A stretch of DNA of 64,000 nt from Octopus vulgaris (GCA_951406725.2 OX597816.1:133734001-133798000); one strand, 5' to 3'. Positions 1 through 14,030 are shown, counted from the first letter of the stretch. The notes: generated by a model not told the origin, from the sequence alone. Numbers and translations: made by a program.

Positions 1-270
1 ATGCAGAGTAGTGAAACACAATGAGTATGGTAGACTGGCAAAGATTGCTGAGAAACAAGTGAAGTGTAGTCCTTTGGGTGTGCAAAGTCAATTTACATGA
101 TTAGCAGAATGGCTTGGTGTCAGAGATACCTACCCATGTGTGCAAGAGATCATTATAATGCTACAGATGGACTGGAATGCAAGAGGATTATGCAAGCTAA
201 GAGACAGTTTCACAAGTTAATAGTAGAGGGCTCTTTGTGCAGAGGCTAGAGTTAGAAGATCTATAAAAAT
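1..270 (+). mobile_element. Decayed 3' coding part of an RTE-type LINE
   Basis: Resembles the LINE segment at 28950-29300 (e.g. gtgtgcaagaga); many substitutions, boundaries approximate. Confidence 0.35.
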
Positions 271-2121
271 GTGATGATCTCACAGATGAAATTAATTTGC
301 TGTGTCATGGAAAAATTAATATTAAGATGATAATGATGATGTCAACAATGATGACTGATTAAAGTGGTAAAAGTGCAGGAAATTTTATTAAACTGTTCTG
401 CTTATTACAAGATTAGAATATAAGGAAATTTATAACAGAGATAAAAAAATGGAAAAGTTTGACATAAATTGCCTTCAAATAAGAGCTGGCAAGGCCAATG
501 GTACATGACATAGTAAGCAGCCATTTCAGATGAAACTAGGAGTAAATACTGGTATGAAGAAAATGTTGAACATCTGAGTCAAATTCTAGAATAAAGTAAA
601 TGATTTCTACCAGACAATCTGCCCCACATTCAAGTAACTAGAATATAGTTATAAATACATCAAGACAACTCAAGATGAAGAGACAGGATGGAAAATATAT
701 TAATAAATAAATACAAATTTTTCATAAATTCTTTGTAATACTTTTTGATGTCAATTGTCAAAAAAGTAAATAATAAAAAAAATTACATTGATCCACTATT
801 TTTTGCAATATCATCCCTAAAGATCAAGTTAACTCAATTTATTACTTTACAGCATTTTAGCAGCAAAGAAATAAATATTTAAATATCAATCAACTGCAGC
901 CATGTTAATATTTTTGTGACATACAATTGATATATAACATAAATACAAGGATATGCACAAACACATATCATGGTATAGATCTATGGTAAATGATAGAGTA
1001 ATTCTAATCCACAAGTTTCTTGAATTTGGTCTAAAGCCAAGCAAGCAAATAGTAAAATATTAAGCTGATTCACTTCAAATATCCATCAACATGAATGGAA
1101 ATTTGAGACAGAATATAATGAAATCACGACTAAAATAAGAGGAGTAAGACTTTTATTTTAAAATCTGAAGGAAATCCGAATTGATGTTGTATGGGTAATC
1201 TCTAGAAAGGCAAGTAGAACTCACCAACTGTAAAGCAGACACCAACACTGAAGTAGATCAAGTTATTAATGAAGTCTAAGAGGATGTCAACACCTTTGAA
1301 ATATGCCATTGATAAAATAGGTTGAATACCATTGATGGAAATTATGATAAAGAAATTGAGGAAGAAATTAGTTAGGCAGGAGGAAAAAGATACTATAGAA
1401 TGATAATAATGTATAAAGGAATCTATGGTACAACACTTTGTCATTATGTCTTATTGGTGTCATTTGTTCCGCTTGCCCTACAGTGCTACTTGAATGAAAA
1501 CTATTTATTGTTGGGAAGATAAATGCTTAGGTTTGTTGGAGCAGAAGTTATATTAACAGCCATTAAGCAGGTGACATTTCTAAATGAGGTGCATAAAACA
1601 AGAGGTTAGCTATAATAATCTCATTCATGTATTTTCAGTAAACACTGCAGCAAACCTAACCTTGTTAGCAAAAGATGAAATTAAGATAGTTTCCAAATGA
1701 TTAAGAAGAATACTCGAAACATTGCTTTTTTCTTTCAGTGAAAGTTGTCTTTAATATTTCATTTTATACATACATTGTGTGTATGTGTGTACACACATAT
1801 ATCTGTATAGAGAGAAAACTTTCTGTTGGCTATCTAGGGAGCAGTTCCCTGATCTTTCATGTACAAGATAAACAGATGTTATTACTAGACGGGTAACAGA
1901 AGCAAAACCAAAGAGCCAGTTTTCTGTGACACAACAGTGACCCTGACAATAATAATGATTTCTAACAAAAAACAAAATCAGATATTTTGTAATATGACAC
2001 AATCACTTAAATTGGTCCCAGTACTTAATAGATATTTGATTCCAGACAGATGAATGGCAAAATCATTCTGGTTGGGATCTGAGTTCAGAATATAAAGGAA
2101 TATAACCAATTATCATATATT

Positions 2122-2155
2122 TGTGTGTGTGTGCATGTGTGTGTGTGTGTGTGCA

Positions 2156-2214
<59 letters not shown>

Positions 2215-2219
2215 GACAG
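2122..2219. repeat. (GT)n-(GA)n compound microsatellite
   Basis: Directly visible. Confidence 0.95.
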
Positions 2220-3932
2220 AAAAGTAGTAAACTCATAAACTCAAGGACCTAAGTTTGCCTTTCATGGTTTTTTTAATGTGATTTTCAGTAACACCATTCC
2301 ATAGAGGAGCGGGGAAAACTCATAATTTGGTATTCTTCTGATGGAGATTAATCTTTTCATATGCTAACCTTTAGAATAATGCCCACCTCCTGAGTTTTAC
2401 CTTTAAGGATTACATGTGTCAAGAACTCTCTTGGAAATTGACCATCTGGTGCTATTATCAGTTAAGGTCCTGGGGCACTACCACATGATTCTGGGTAAAA
2501 CAGCCAATTCTTGCTTGCTGCAGTTTGTATGACAGAAAGAAAAAAAACCTATTCTATTTCTATTTCATAGTTGAGTAGTTAGCAGTAAAAGGGACCCACA
2601 AGCATGGACAGATAACTGTTAAACAAAAAGGTTCAATCTTTTATTCTATAATTGATGAGATCACTAATAGAGCTACATCATTGAGATAAAAAGAGTATAA
2701 TGCAGAACTTTACAAAATCTATATTGAAACACTTTAATATATCACTGATAATCTTCATGTGCATCATGAAATTAAGTCAAAGCTATTCAGTTTTTAGAAA
2801 TATTTGGCTGTGAAGTATATTTAAGATCTGACTTCTCTGTGTAAAATTAATCATGTGACTGGTGACACGTGATATAATATTTAATTGTTTTTCTATTAAT
2901 GTTGTTAATTTTATCATGGTAAGAAAACTTAATGCGTCACAAAAATTTTATTTTTAAAAAGTGTGTCACCAATGTGAAAAGTTTAGAAACTCTTGCCTAC
3001 TGCATATCTCTCTCCTACTTTGTAGAGGTCAATCAAAGCCTGTCTCAAGCTAGTTTTAATATTACCTTAGTATTTATTTCAGTGCTTGCTCTGCAATCTG
3101 TTGCTCCAAGTTGATTTTTACAGAGTATGCCTGGGTACTTTAGTTGTCATCCATACATGTACAAGATAGCTATCACATCAGAGCCTGTAAATCTTATCAA
3201 ATTATCTCAAGCACCATATGAAGTATTGATTTTAAACTATCACTTGAAAGCTGAACAATAATTAAACATAATCTAAAATAAGTCAACAGTACTATTCTTT
3301 CAAGAGCTATAGATATTGTTATGTTCTAATCTTTTAGATAAGTTTTCTGAATAGCATTACTAAGTTTTAGTTAAGTAAAATATATTAGTGATTGGTACAG
3401 ATAAATGACCCTCTCTTCATATTCCAACAACAAATGTTTAACTTTATCCTATCAGATAAAACTGAACATTTTTTTAGAGGTAATTGTCAAATGTTTTTAT
3501 TAGAAATTGGAACTAGCAAATATTTTTGCTAGAATTGAAGAACAAAGAAACCCAAAGACCAAGTGTTCAGTAACACTACAGTACAAACAACATTTGCATC
3601 ACAGAATGTGTCAAATGAAAAACAGAATGATAATATCATCTTAGTTCTCATAATTTTCAACTGTTTTATTCCACACTAGCATGGGTCAGCAAGTCTGTCA
3701 TTTATTCACATCAGTCTATAAGGTTCTGCATTAAGTGATCCGATTTCATCACTTCTTCCAACACTAACAGAAGGCATTTATGTAAGCAACACTTTTGTAA
3801 TAAATGAGCAAAGTCAGTGGTATCCTTTAGGACCCCAACAAAAAAAGCATACACCGTTATATTTTAGAAATGTTCATGCAAAGCGTTCATTCCAAGCAGC
3901 TTTGCAGAATTTTAGATAATCTTTGCTAACAT

Positions 3933-3933
3933 T

Positions 3934-4011
<78 letters not shown>
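3933..4011. repeat. (GA)n microsatellite
   Basis: Directly visible; explains the poly-LS ORF 3874-4188. Confidence 0.95.
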
Positions 4012-4016
<5 letters not shown>

Positions 4017-5692
4017 GTAAAGAATCAAACAGTGAAAAAGAAAAAAAGAGAATATTGAATGGTAAAAAAAAAAGTATGAATGAATGGAAGTAGATTTCAG
4101 AATGCTTGAAATGTTTTAGCTTCAAAGAAATGGATCTGCTCCAAAGGAGAAATGGTAAATAAATTACATTAAGGATCAAGAGATTCAATCTTACTTCACC
4201 ACTTACTTTTTTGATCTAATAAATATTACTCTTTGCCTTTGGAACATGTTATATAGTAATGTCTTTTTATATCATAGATAGCAAGGCAAGTTTTAGAATT
4301 TTCTTTGTATGTTTATGCCATAATCCCATTTTTGTGGGGTGGGGGTTTCTGGTGTTTTTCTCTCTTGTTTTGTTTTTAATATCAAATGCTCAAATATAAT
4401 TTGTATGTCTTGAGTTAATTTGTAATATAATATGAATGATCCAAGAGTATTGGTTTTCTATGAACTAAAAATAGATTGTTATTATTTGATCTGCAACAAG
4501 TAACCAGCTTCAATTTCTTTCATTTAAATTATGAGTAGTTTTGCTATCTGTCACTAAGAAATAGTTGCATTTGAAGCAAGAAACTTCTCTCCCATTCCCT
4601 TCCAGTTCTGAGAACTGTGTGATACTAAAGAACTAGAAATCAAGTAGTTTTTAACACAAGTAAATAAATTAATTTAAAACTCTGTATGCAAACATGCAAT
4701 GTATTCTTTAAAAAATCAATCTCATTTAATAATCCATAGAATTGTGACTTAGTATCTAAAGCAATTCATTTTTCATTTTATATTCATATCAAATCCTGTC
4801 ACTAGGATTAGATATATTAAGAAAAGAAATTAATTACTCATCTAAATTGCCTAAAAGGACTGCATCTACTATATCAGTAAGGGACCATGTTAATAAACTA
4901 TATTGCAAATGTAAATACATATACTTCAACAATTTATATAAAAGGGTATGGATTTTCAGAACAATCAAACACGAGATAACATGGGAAGATGGGTGTAAAT
5001 ATTCTTAAAATAACAGTTGTAACTGTTATTTTTCTGTACTTGCAGGTAGAGGATAGCTGCCCAGTGCATCATAGCAAAACTCCTCTTGGTCATTGTATTC
5101 TCCTGTGGCCCTGATGTCTGACTTTATAATTTTTTATACCTTCTTTGAAGTTCCTTTCAGATGGATACCTTCTACTATCAGTACCTGGTACGTTTTACTC
5201 AATGAGTATTATCTATTCACATTACATCTTCATACCAATACAACTAACTCTCTTGTACACATCAGCCAATGCTTTTGACGCAATTTCGGGTTATACTTTT
5301 GATACAAGTTACTATTACATATCTTATAGTCATGCTCAACTCATTTTCTTTAATTTCTATAACACTTCTATATTCAATACCCACAATGAATGTTGAAAAT
5401 GAAACTTCTCACATGTTTCATGCAGAATACTCTAATTTTCAAACATTTTGATGTAAAGCAAAGAAGAAGAAAAAAACCCACCGCTCTCAACATTTTAAAT
5501 CTCATAAATCATAGCTAATACTTTAGAAACCAATTATTTTTTTAAATCAAGAACATTTAAGAATTTAATTAGTGAACCTATCAACATAAAAATTATACTT
5601 TTCATGAGTTATCAAGTAGATTGCTTCAAAGTGATTCTAAACTAAAAGTTTAGTTTATTTAAGCATTGAATTAGTAGTAACAGACTCATATA

Positions 5693-5732
<40 letters not shown>

Positions 5733-5839
5733 ATATGAGAGACAGAGAGATAGGAGAAGGGAGAGACAGAAAGAATAAGTATGCATGTAAGTAAATTCTT
5801 CATTCTCCTAATAAATAAAAGATTAGAAAAGCATAGGCA

Positions 5840-5875
<36 letters not shown>

Positions 5876-5876
<1 letters not shown>

Positions 5877-6140
5877 TGGGTTAGCACGAAAGTAATTTCG
5901 TTTTTTTAGCGTGAAATAAAAGTCATTTTTTTTTCACACAAAGAATGAACTTTGATCAATTATATATTTTCCATTTTGTTTGATGACCTTTTACCATCTT
6001 TCTGAACTCATAGAACTTCTGGTCCTTATCAGCCAAAAGCTGAAGCAAGTGTGATTTCAGGTTACCATTACTATTGAAAGTCTTACCATTCAAAGAATTT
6101 TGCAAACTTTGAAATAAATAGTAATCTGATGGTGCCCAGG
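5876..6140 (-). mobile_element. Mariner transposon 3' fragment with one TIR
   Basis: Translation APSDYYLFQSLQNSLNGKTFN matches the mariner (YSPDL)APSDYHLF C-terminus; TIR-like TA|ttgggttagcacgaaagtaatttcg at 5876 next to a (TA)n tract. Confidence 0.85.
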
Positions 6141-6431
6141 AATATAGTAGAAGATACTTGTTCAAGAAAATGCACAGTGGGACTGAACCAAATTGAAGTT
6201 TAAATATTTATCTAATACTAACGATGACACTTTATTCTTTCTTTGTTTTTATTTCAGAATTTTTATTGATCCATTTACTTAAACTTGATGCATTTCATTT
6301 TAAACTAAGGAAATATACACTTTCCAAAGTTCATTTATCCAAGTAGAAAAGATTGACAAAACTGTTATAATATATATGATATATTCCAAAGTTAAAATCC
6401 CAAATCAAAATGAAACTGGATTCTTCAACAA

Positions 6432-6545
<114 letters not shown>

Positions 6546-9500
6546 TCCAACCAGTGTTCAAATAAGCTAAATGAATCCAAAACAGATTGTGCTCAGCTTC
6601 TGATATGTGACTTTTGACATATAGTTTCACTCCTTCTAATTAACTGACACAGTAGTCCACTCATTCCAAAGCCAGCACAGCAATGACATTGTAACGTCAA
6701 TGCAATATTCCAATCTATTTAATAGTCAGTCAGTCAAATTGCAGTATCATTAACAGTGCATCTAGCAGCTGCACTACCTGCATTGTATTGCATTCTGTCA
6801 AGAGCTTTCTTACACATTACTAGTCAACAGGTGAATGTCTACAAGTCATAGGTTATTGAAATTAGAGTGAGATTGTGACGGACATTTGGAAATTTAAGAA
6901 AAAAAGTAAAAATAATGAGAACATTCTGAAGCTAAAGGCTTACTGCCAAATTCTCAATGAATGTGTCAGTCGCTGTCACATGTATGGAGAACAAAGAAAA
7001 AAAATCAAAACAATGATGTACATATTCATTCTTAATATGTTTCGATAGATTTGAATGTGAATATGTTAATTGCTGTTGTATGCCATCTATGGAGAACAAT
7101 TTTTCCTTTCATACAATAGGTATTCACAACACTCTATTCATTTAAGAATGTTTTTTCTGCTTCATTGTTTTGATTTTCGCTGTTCTCAATGCACACAGTA
7201 ATTCATTATTATTTTAGCAGACATCAGCACATATCAGCAAATAATCTGTTCACTGATTTCTATAAACAAGAGCTAAAATTCTTGTTTAGACTCATTGAGT
7301 CTGGAGGTACATTTGACTGAAAAGACACAACCAAGTAGAAACCACATAGTGTCTTAAAGTCTCTTTATCTCAATGAACTCAGTGCATTGACTGAGAGAAG
7401 TTGTGCCCCATAGACAAAATACAGCAGCAATTAGCATATTCATGTTCGAGCTTATTAAGAATGAATACTTACATTACTGTTTTGATTTTCACTGTTCTCC
7501 ATGCAAGTGATGATTTACTACACACACACATATACAGAGTCTTTTCAGTTTCCATTTACCAAACTCACTCACAAGGTTTTGGTTGACCTATGGCTATATT
7601 AGAAGACATATATACATATATATTGTCTGTGAATGAATGAGTGTGTGTATGTGTGTACTTGTGTATGTATATACATTATGTATATATTTTATGTGTGTGT
7701 ATTCACATAAGTAATAGAATAGGAGACTGAAGAGAAAGAGATAGCTCTACACCAGAAAAAAGTCAGAAATGTAATATAATTAAACAAATAACAGAGGTAT
7801 AGAGAGTAAGTGAATGGGAAAAAATGATAAAAATAAATTTTTAAAAAAGGGAGAGAGAACCTTAATGTATGATATCCAGTTAGGAAAGGACATTAGGAAA
7901 TGAAAAAAGATGTAAAGGCATAATTTGATGGAGAGAAAAAATTGAGTGAAATATATATAGGTAAAGAAGAGGAGATTTAACAAAGTATGTGAGTGAATCA
8001 ATGAGAATAATGTAAGAGTGGAAGTGAAAAAATAACAGAGAGAAAACAAATGCAACAAGGCACGAAGAAAAAACATTAAGAATTACTGAAAGAAAGAAAT
8101 CTCATAATTTTATTTATTTATTAATTTTTTTTTTTGTTTAACTGCAATACACTAGTGCACAGACACACTTAGAGAACAGGTGGGGAGACAGATATCAGAC
8201 AGACGTCAGACAGGCAGATATATGTATATTGTCAAAGAATTCTGGTGAATTTGGTGAACAAATTCTACTATGACAACTCAATTACTTTCATTTCTTGGTT
8301 ACTATATTCTCTCCCCATAATACATTACTGTTTGTGAAAGTATATCACCTGTATTATGATTTTAGTTATGAAGATGAAAGTGTGTTTAAATATTAAAACA
8401 ATAAAAAGCTGAAGTACATTCAGATATGCCGTAAAAGAAAAATAATGAGTTGATTGATATTTTTATTGACAAGCATGGAAGAAATTTCTGAACATGCTTT
8501 GCCTTCTTGAAACTCATCGGTGATGTATAAACTACCTGTTAATTACTGAAGTGAAAGAAATTCACCAAGTAGATAAGATAAATCTAACATTTGTTGGCAC
8601 AGAGTAAGAGAAATACTGACAAAACAAAATTGCAATAAATTTACTGTCTAGGATATTTTTTCTTTTACCACATATGAGATGTGTACAGTAACATTTTACT
8701 AAACTGTATGATATTACATTGTAACTGGTGTCTGATGACAGGATTAAAGAGATTGTGCAAAATTTACATTCTTCTCATAAGTATTAATAAGATATATGAA
8801 AGGAAATATTGTCAAAACCAAGAGACCTAACTACCATTGGACTGGAAGGGTCCAAGTGAGGCAGATTAAATGAAGAATTCAAGCCCTGTACTAGCATTTC
8901 ATTGTTTTCAGATTAGTAATATTTTTCAGTCTGTCTTAGTCAACCTAAATGAAAACAGATTCTTATCATATTCATAGTTAACCAAAAAATGCATATTTAG
9001 TTTAAGATATTTACTCCAAACAAAAGTATGGAGTAAAATATTTACTTCATATTCATTAAGATTAAACTAATAATGAATAGATAAAAATAACTCATTCAGT
9101 AAAATTTATTTTCCTCTTGACTATGTGATTTAGATAGTAGAATCCACTGCATCCAAAAAGTAAAGAGGAATTAATCTAAATTATTTTACAAATTATGACT
9201 AACTCAAAAATAAGTATTAGAACTGACACTGAAAACTATGACAAAAATTATTAACAAAAACTGAAATCCATTGTTAATCTATAAACAACTTATGTCAGTT
9301 TAGAGTTGACAACAGAAAAAGTATGTAAGCTCTGTTAACAAGACCGTCAAAATATTTCACACATACAAACATAGAGTATATTAAAATATAGTTCTCCAAA
9401 GACATACCTTCATCTATAGTTATCTAGAACCCTGATGAAAATCAGTTCAATATTAATAAATATCATTACAAGCGTTCTAGAAAGTCACTATGATAGTATA

Positions 9501-9653
9501 ACTTGCACTGTAGTGACTTTCTAAAACATTTTAAACCCTGGTTCATATAAACCCCACTACTCTAATATCAATAAATATATTTGTGTCAAATGGATGGCAG
9601 AGGTAAAAAAAAAGAAAAATCGTTTCAAAAACCATTAAATATTTTTTGCTTAC

Positions 9654-9736
9654 CTGAAAATCTTGGCTTGTAGTTCAACTTCAGGGTGAATGCATTTTTT
9701 TGTGCATTTCAACCTTTTACGCACAGAAATTCCCAT
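9654..9736 (-). CDS. Candidate alternative first coding exon C: MGISVRKRLKCTKKCIHPEVELQAKIF(R/S), phase-2 donor
   Basis: ATG at 9736 with an in-frame TGA upstream; 83 nt open frame ending AG|gtaagc (near-consensus donor); non-repetitive sequence. Confidence 0.55.
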
Positions 9737-10665
9737 GTCTGAGTTATTTTGTTCTTGGTTTGGTTTAGAAACAAGAAAGTGCTTCTTTCAAATTAAGAAC
9801 AAATGATTCTTCCTTTCTTAACAGCATTTTATAAGCTCTTAGTAATTTGTTGATACCAGTCCATATAATTTCTAATGAGGTCAGTATTACTAATATAGAA
9901 AATGGTAATAAACAGATGAATAATGCTCCCTCAAGTAGTTTAGTCTACAACTCACTTGAATTTAACATGCTCAATTAATCACTATAGTGCTCTAGTTCCT
10001 CATTGATTAACTTCTTTTGATTAGAAACACACTAGTCTGTTATTATCACGTGTAAAATTGAAGAAAACCTGTTGTGTGCTGTAGTAAAGCCCAAGCCAAC
10101 TTACAAGGGATCTGGTATTGGAATGTACAAAAATCTAATATTGTAGTGATAACCAGCAGACTAGTCGGTACCAACTCACCACTTCTTACCACTATAGTTC
10201 TCATGTTCATATCAAGTAGTAGTATTTCTGACTCACATTTAACTTCACATGCACTTGAGTGCATAAATACATAGGCGAGCAAACACACACACACACACAC
10301 ACGCGCTCGCGCGCGCACACACACACACATGCATGCTAATAGTCACACACACCACCACCATCAGTCATTTCATTGGTAATTTGTATTGAAGAATACTACA
10401 TTACAAATTATAACGAAGAATCAAATTAATACAACTCAATAAACATCATGAATAGGACAGTGTGCAATTAACAATCAGGAAAAAGGAAAGGTAAAAATTT
10501 TAACAAAGAGGGCAGGAAATGGAATTGCATTTAAAAAGAGTTTCAAACAGTGAGAGGTAGGGCAAAGGAGATATTGAATCTAAAGAACTCTGCTAGCTAC
10601 TCAACCAAATCTGAATAACAATATTCACTATACTGCTGTAACTATCAAACACAATCCCTTAACTA

Positions 10666-11716
10666 TTGGGTCATCCCATAAGATCTGACCGATTTTACCT
10701 TTTTTAAAATTGAATGAAATTTTATAGCATTTTAGAATGTCTAATGGAATTAAAAATTATTTTTATACATTTGTGTACATTTAAACTAATTAAATATTAT
10801 TTTACAGAATAACAGAATTTAAACGTCTTTGATTTAAACCCTTTCTAACATGGAAGTATCCAAAGAGAATTTAAGGCACATAATGCTTTATGAGTACAAA
10901 AAAGGAAACTCTGCAGCTGAAGCAACTCAAAACATACACTCAGTTTATAGGAAAGAATTCTTGAATGAAAGAACTTGCAGAAAATGGTTTGCAAAATTCA
11001 GAAGTGGAGATTTCAGCCTTGAAGATGAAGATCGAACAGGACGTCCAGTTGAATTTGATGGTAAGCTCCTTGAGGCATTACTTGAAGAAGATCCTGCATT
11101 ATCAGTTGAAGAATTAGCAATAAAGCTTAGTTCAAACCATACAACTGTTCATAGTCATCTTCAACAACTTGGAAAGGTTCCCAAACTTGGAAAATGAGTG
11201 CCTCATGAATTGTCTGGAAGCAACCCCAAATCTCGAGTTGACATCTTTCTTCTCTCCATTCTTGCGAAGTCATTTCACCCTTTTTGGATAGATTTGTGAC
11301 TGATGACGAAAAATGGATCTTCTATCGAAATGTTAAACGTCATAAACAGTGGCTTTGTAAAAAGGGAAATGCTCAACCACAACCGAGAAGGGAACTTCAT
11401 GGGAAAAAAGTTCTTCTCTCTATCTGGTGGGATTGCAAAGGAGTAATTCACTTTGAATTGTTACCACCTAATGCAACAATCAATGCTCAAGTCTACTGTC
11501 AGCAATTAGAGCATTTGAACCAAGCTTTGAAGAAAAAAAGACCCACTTTAGTGAATCGAAAAGGAGTGATGTTTCATCAGGACAATGCGTGACCCCATGC
11601 AAAGATTACATCACAGAAGATCGAAGAGCTTGGTTGGGAAAAAATTCCTCATCCACCTTATTCTCCCGACCTTGCTTCAGACTACCATTTGTTTTGTAGT
11701 TTACAGAAACATTTGT
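10666..11716 (+). mobile_element. Mariner (D,D34D-type) element, 3'-truncated, transposase pseudogene
   Basis: TA|ttgggtcatcccataag TIR; ORFs 10850-11197, 11284-11592 and downstream give HTH region, (W>stop)VPHEL, VTDDEKW, FHQDNA(R>stop)PH and YSPDLASDYHLF; stops and frameshifts; no right TIR. Confidence 0.95.
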
Positions 11717-12724
11717 AAACTACAAATGATTGTAGTTTACACAATCATTTATCTTTATTTGAATGAATAAATCCTCCCATTCTCATTGGTGATAGTCAGG
11801 GATATCAGACATAACCTATTCATTGATTCTTCATGCTCTCTTTGGGGTGAACAGGGTTGGTGAACCTCAAGTACTCTTCCAATCCAATTTGGAGTTGATC
11901 CCTTAGCCTTCATCTCTCTATAGGCACTCAGGGGCAGTGAGAATTTATATTCAGTTGTCCTTCTCCAAATCTGACTACCTTCCAAGGCTGCTGAACTCAG
12001 GTTGTACACCCATTATACTGCCAGTGAACACAGTAGTGTCTTCTCTTAGAGACAGATTTCAACGAAAGTAAAAGGGCACCTCACACATTTATGGATGTAC
12101 TAAACAAGTACTGATTTCAATATAATCTCAATGATGCTGAACAAGTTTCATTAGATAGCCAGCAAGTTATTTACTGTTTATATTAAAACTTGAGTTTGTT
12201 TGCTTCTAAGAATTTATCTAAGATGATACAAGGTTAGATAATGTCAGTAAGAAAGTATAACATTTCTGAAGATTTAATTCAATGAATTTGGAAGGAATTA
12301 CATATGACACAAGTGAAACATTGAAACATAGTGTTAATCTTATGTCCTGCACTCAATTCTAGTTTTCATTTGTATTCAATTTAATAATTTTATGTTTGTT
12401 TTGCATGTTATATTAGAGGTTTTCATATGAATTTATAGAGCAAGGGCACATCTTTTCTCATACATACACATATGCACACAAATTGGTAATCACTCAAAAT
12501 AGGTACTACTTCTATATTAGACTGTAAATTGAAAGTAGTACTTATACTCAGCACTACAGAATAAAATAAGAAAGTAATGTGGCTTACTAAGAGACATTCA
12601 GTCACTATATATCTAGAAGGCTCTTAACTTATGATCTTGTGACCTAATGCCCAGCACTTAACCTCACAATACATAAGTTGATGAGATAACTCATGAACTA
12701 GCATTCAAATTATAGATAAATTAA

Positions 12725-12943
12725 GGTGGCAAGCTGGTAGAATTGTTACCACACTGGACAAGGTGCTTGGCAGCATTTCTTCCAGTTTTACATTCTAAGT
12801 TCAAATTCTGCCAAGGTTGACTTTGCTTTTTGACCGTATGAGGTCAATGAAATAAATACCAGTAAAGTACTGGGGTTTTTGTAATTGACTATCCCTCTCT
12901 CCCAAAATTTCATGCCTTGCACCTATAGTAGAAAAAATTATTA
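12725..12943 (+). mobile_element. tRNA-head SINE, family A (ggcggcgagctggcagaa head)
   Basis: A/B-box-like motifs (agctggtagaa ... gttcaaattc); homologous to 22794-22988, 37243-37447 and 61767-61995. Confidence 0.85.
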
Positions 12944-13512
12944 AAACAACTTCCAAATTACATAAAATTTAGGAAATTATAATTAGACAACAATGATGGG
13001 ATAATTTAATGACTAATTCATAATCAGCTCATTGCCTTAAGAATGTCAATTTGAACATTTTGGTCATTATAAGCAGAGATTAAGTAAACTGAGAATAGAT
13101 AAGTCATCAAAGTAAGAATAATGAATACAATTGAATATCTAAAGCAAATTTCAAGCACAGTAACATGCAAAATTTCCTTTGCAATATAATGAATCAACTG
13201 AGAAGCACACTCAGGTTGTGATACAAACAATAAATGGCCTACTGGATATTTAATGAACTTGTTCAACACCATTGAGATTTCACTGAAATCAGTACAAGTT
13301 AATATATTAGTCAATGAATATACATAATTATTTTAAAGATGTCTAGACGCATTGTGGATCAACAAAGCAAAGATCTCAACATTGCAGAATAAAATTGGTT
13401 CTACAGCAGAAGATTTGCTTCTTCAAGCAGACATTGTACCAGCTATTTTAGTTAAAGCAATTAACATATCCAGGCCAACAAAGTACTGGAAGGACAGATT
13501 TAATTTTATGAT

Positions 13513-13665
13513 AGGCACGGGTGTGGTTGTGGGCTTAAGATGGTAATTTTGCAATTAAATGGTTTTGGGTTCAATCCCACTGTTCAGTTTTCTTCTATAG
13601 CCCCTGGCCAGCCAATGAGATGTCAGGAGATTTAGTAGAGGAAAACTCCAGAAAGCTTATTGTGT
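13513..13665 (+). mobile_element. SINE family B head (partial)
   Basis: Degenerate match to the 5' part of 17708-18096. Confidence 0.7.
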
Positions 13666-13674
13666 GTATATCTC

Positions 13675-14030
13675 TTTTACTTGTTTCAGTCATTAGATTG
13701 TAGCCATGCTGGGGCAGCACCTTGAAGAACTTCTAGTTGAATGAACCGACCTCCCAGTACTTACACTTTTTTGAAGTCCAATACTTATTCTAACAGTTTC
13801 TTTTACCAAACCACTAGGTTACGGGGACATAAACATGCTAACACCGGCTGTCAAGTGGTGGTGGGAGGGACAAACAGGCATACAGACACACCCACACACA
13901 CAATTAGCTTCTTTCAGTTTCTGTTTACCAAATCCACTCACAAGGCTTTGGTTGGTCTGAAGCTATAGTAGAAGACACATGCCCAAGGTGCTATGTAGTG
14001 GGACTGAACTCAGAACTATGTAGCTGGGAA
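13675..14030 (-). mobile_element. SINE family B, near full length
   Basis: Reverse complement of 17708-18096, including the cagcatggc...ctgaaacaagtaaaaga tail. Confidence 0.85.

Noticed and set aside
280-1600. Possible very old Dong/R4-like non-LTR remnant (also 2990-3240)
   Set aside because: Only scattered partial motifs (EFGL, MDD-like); too decayed to call without a profile search.
10850-11716. SETMAR-like fusion or active mariner
   Set aside because: No SET domain, nonsense codons in the WVPHEL and DNARPH motifs, and the 3' end is missing.
12725-12810. tRNA genes at SINE heads
   Set aside because: A/B-box-like motifs are present, but no cloverleaf, and they continue into SINE bodies.
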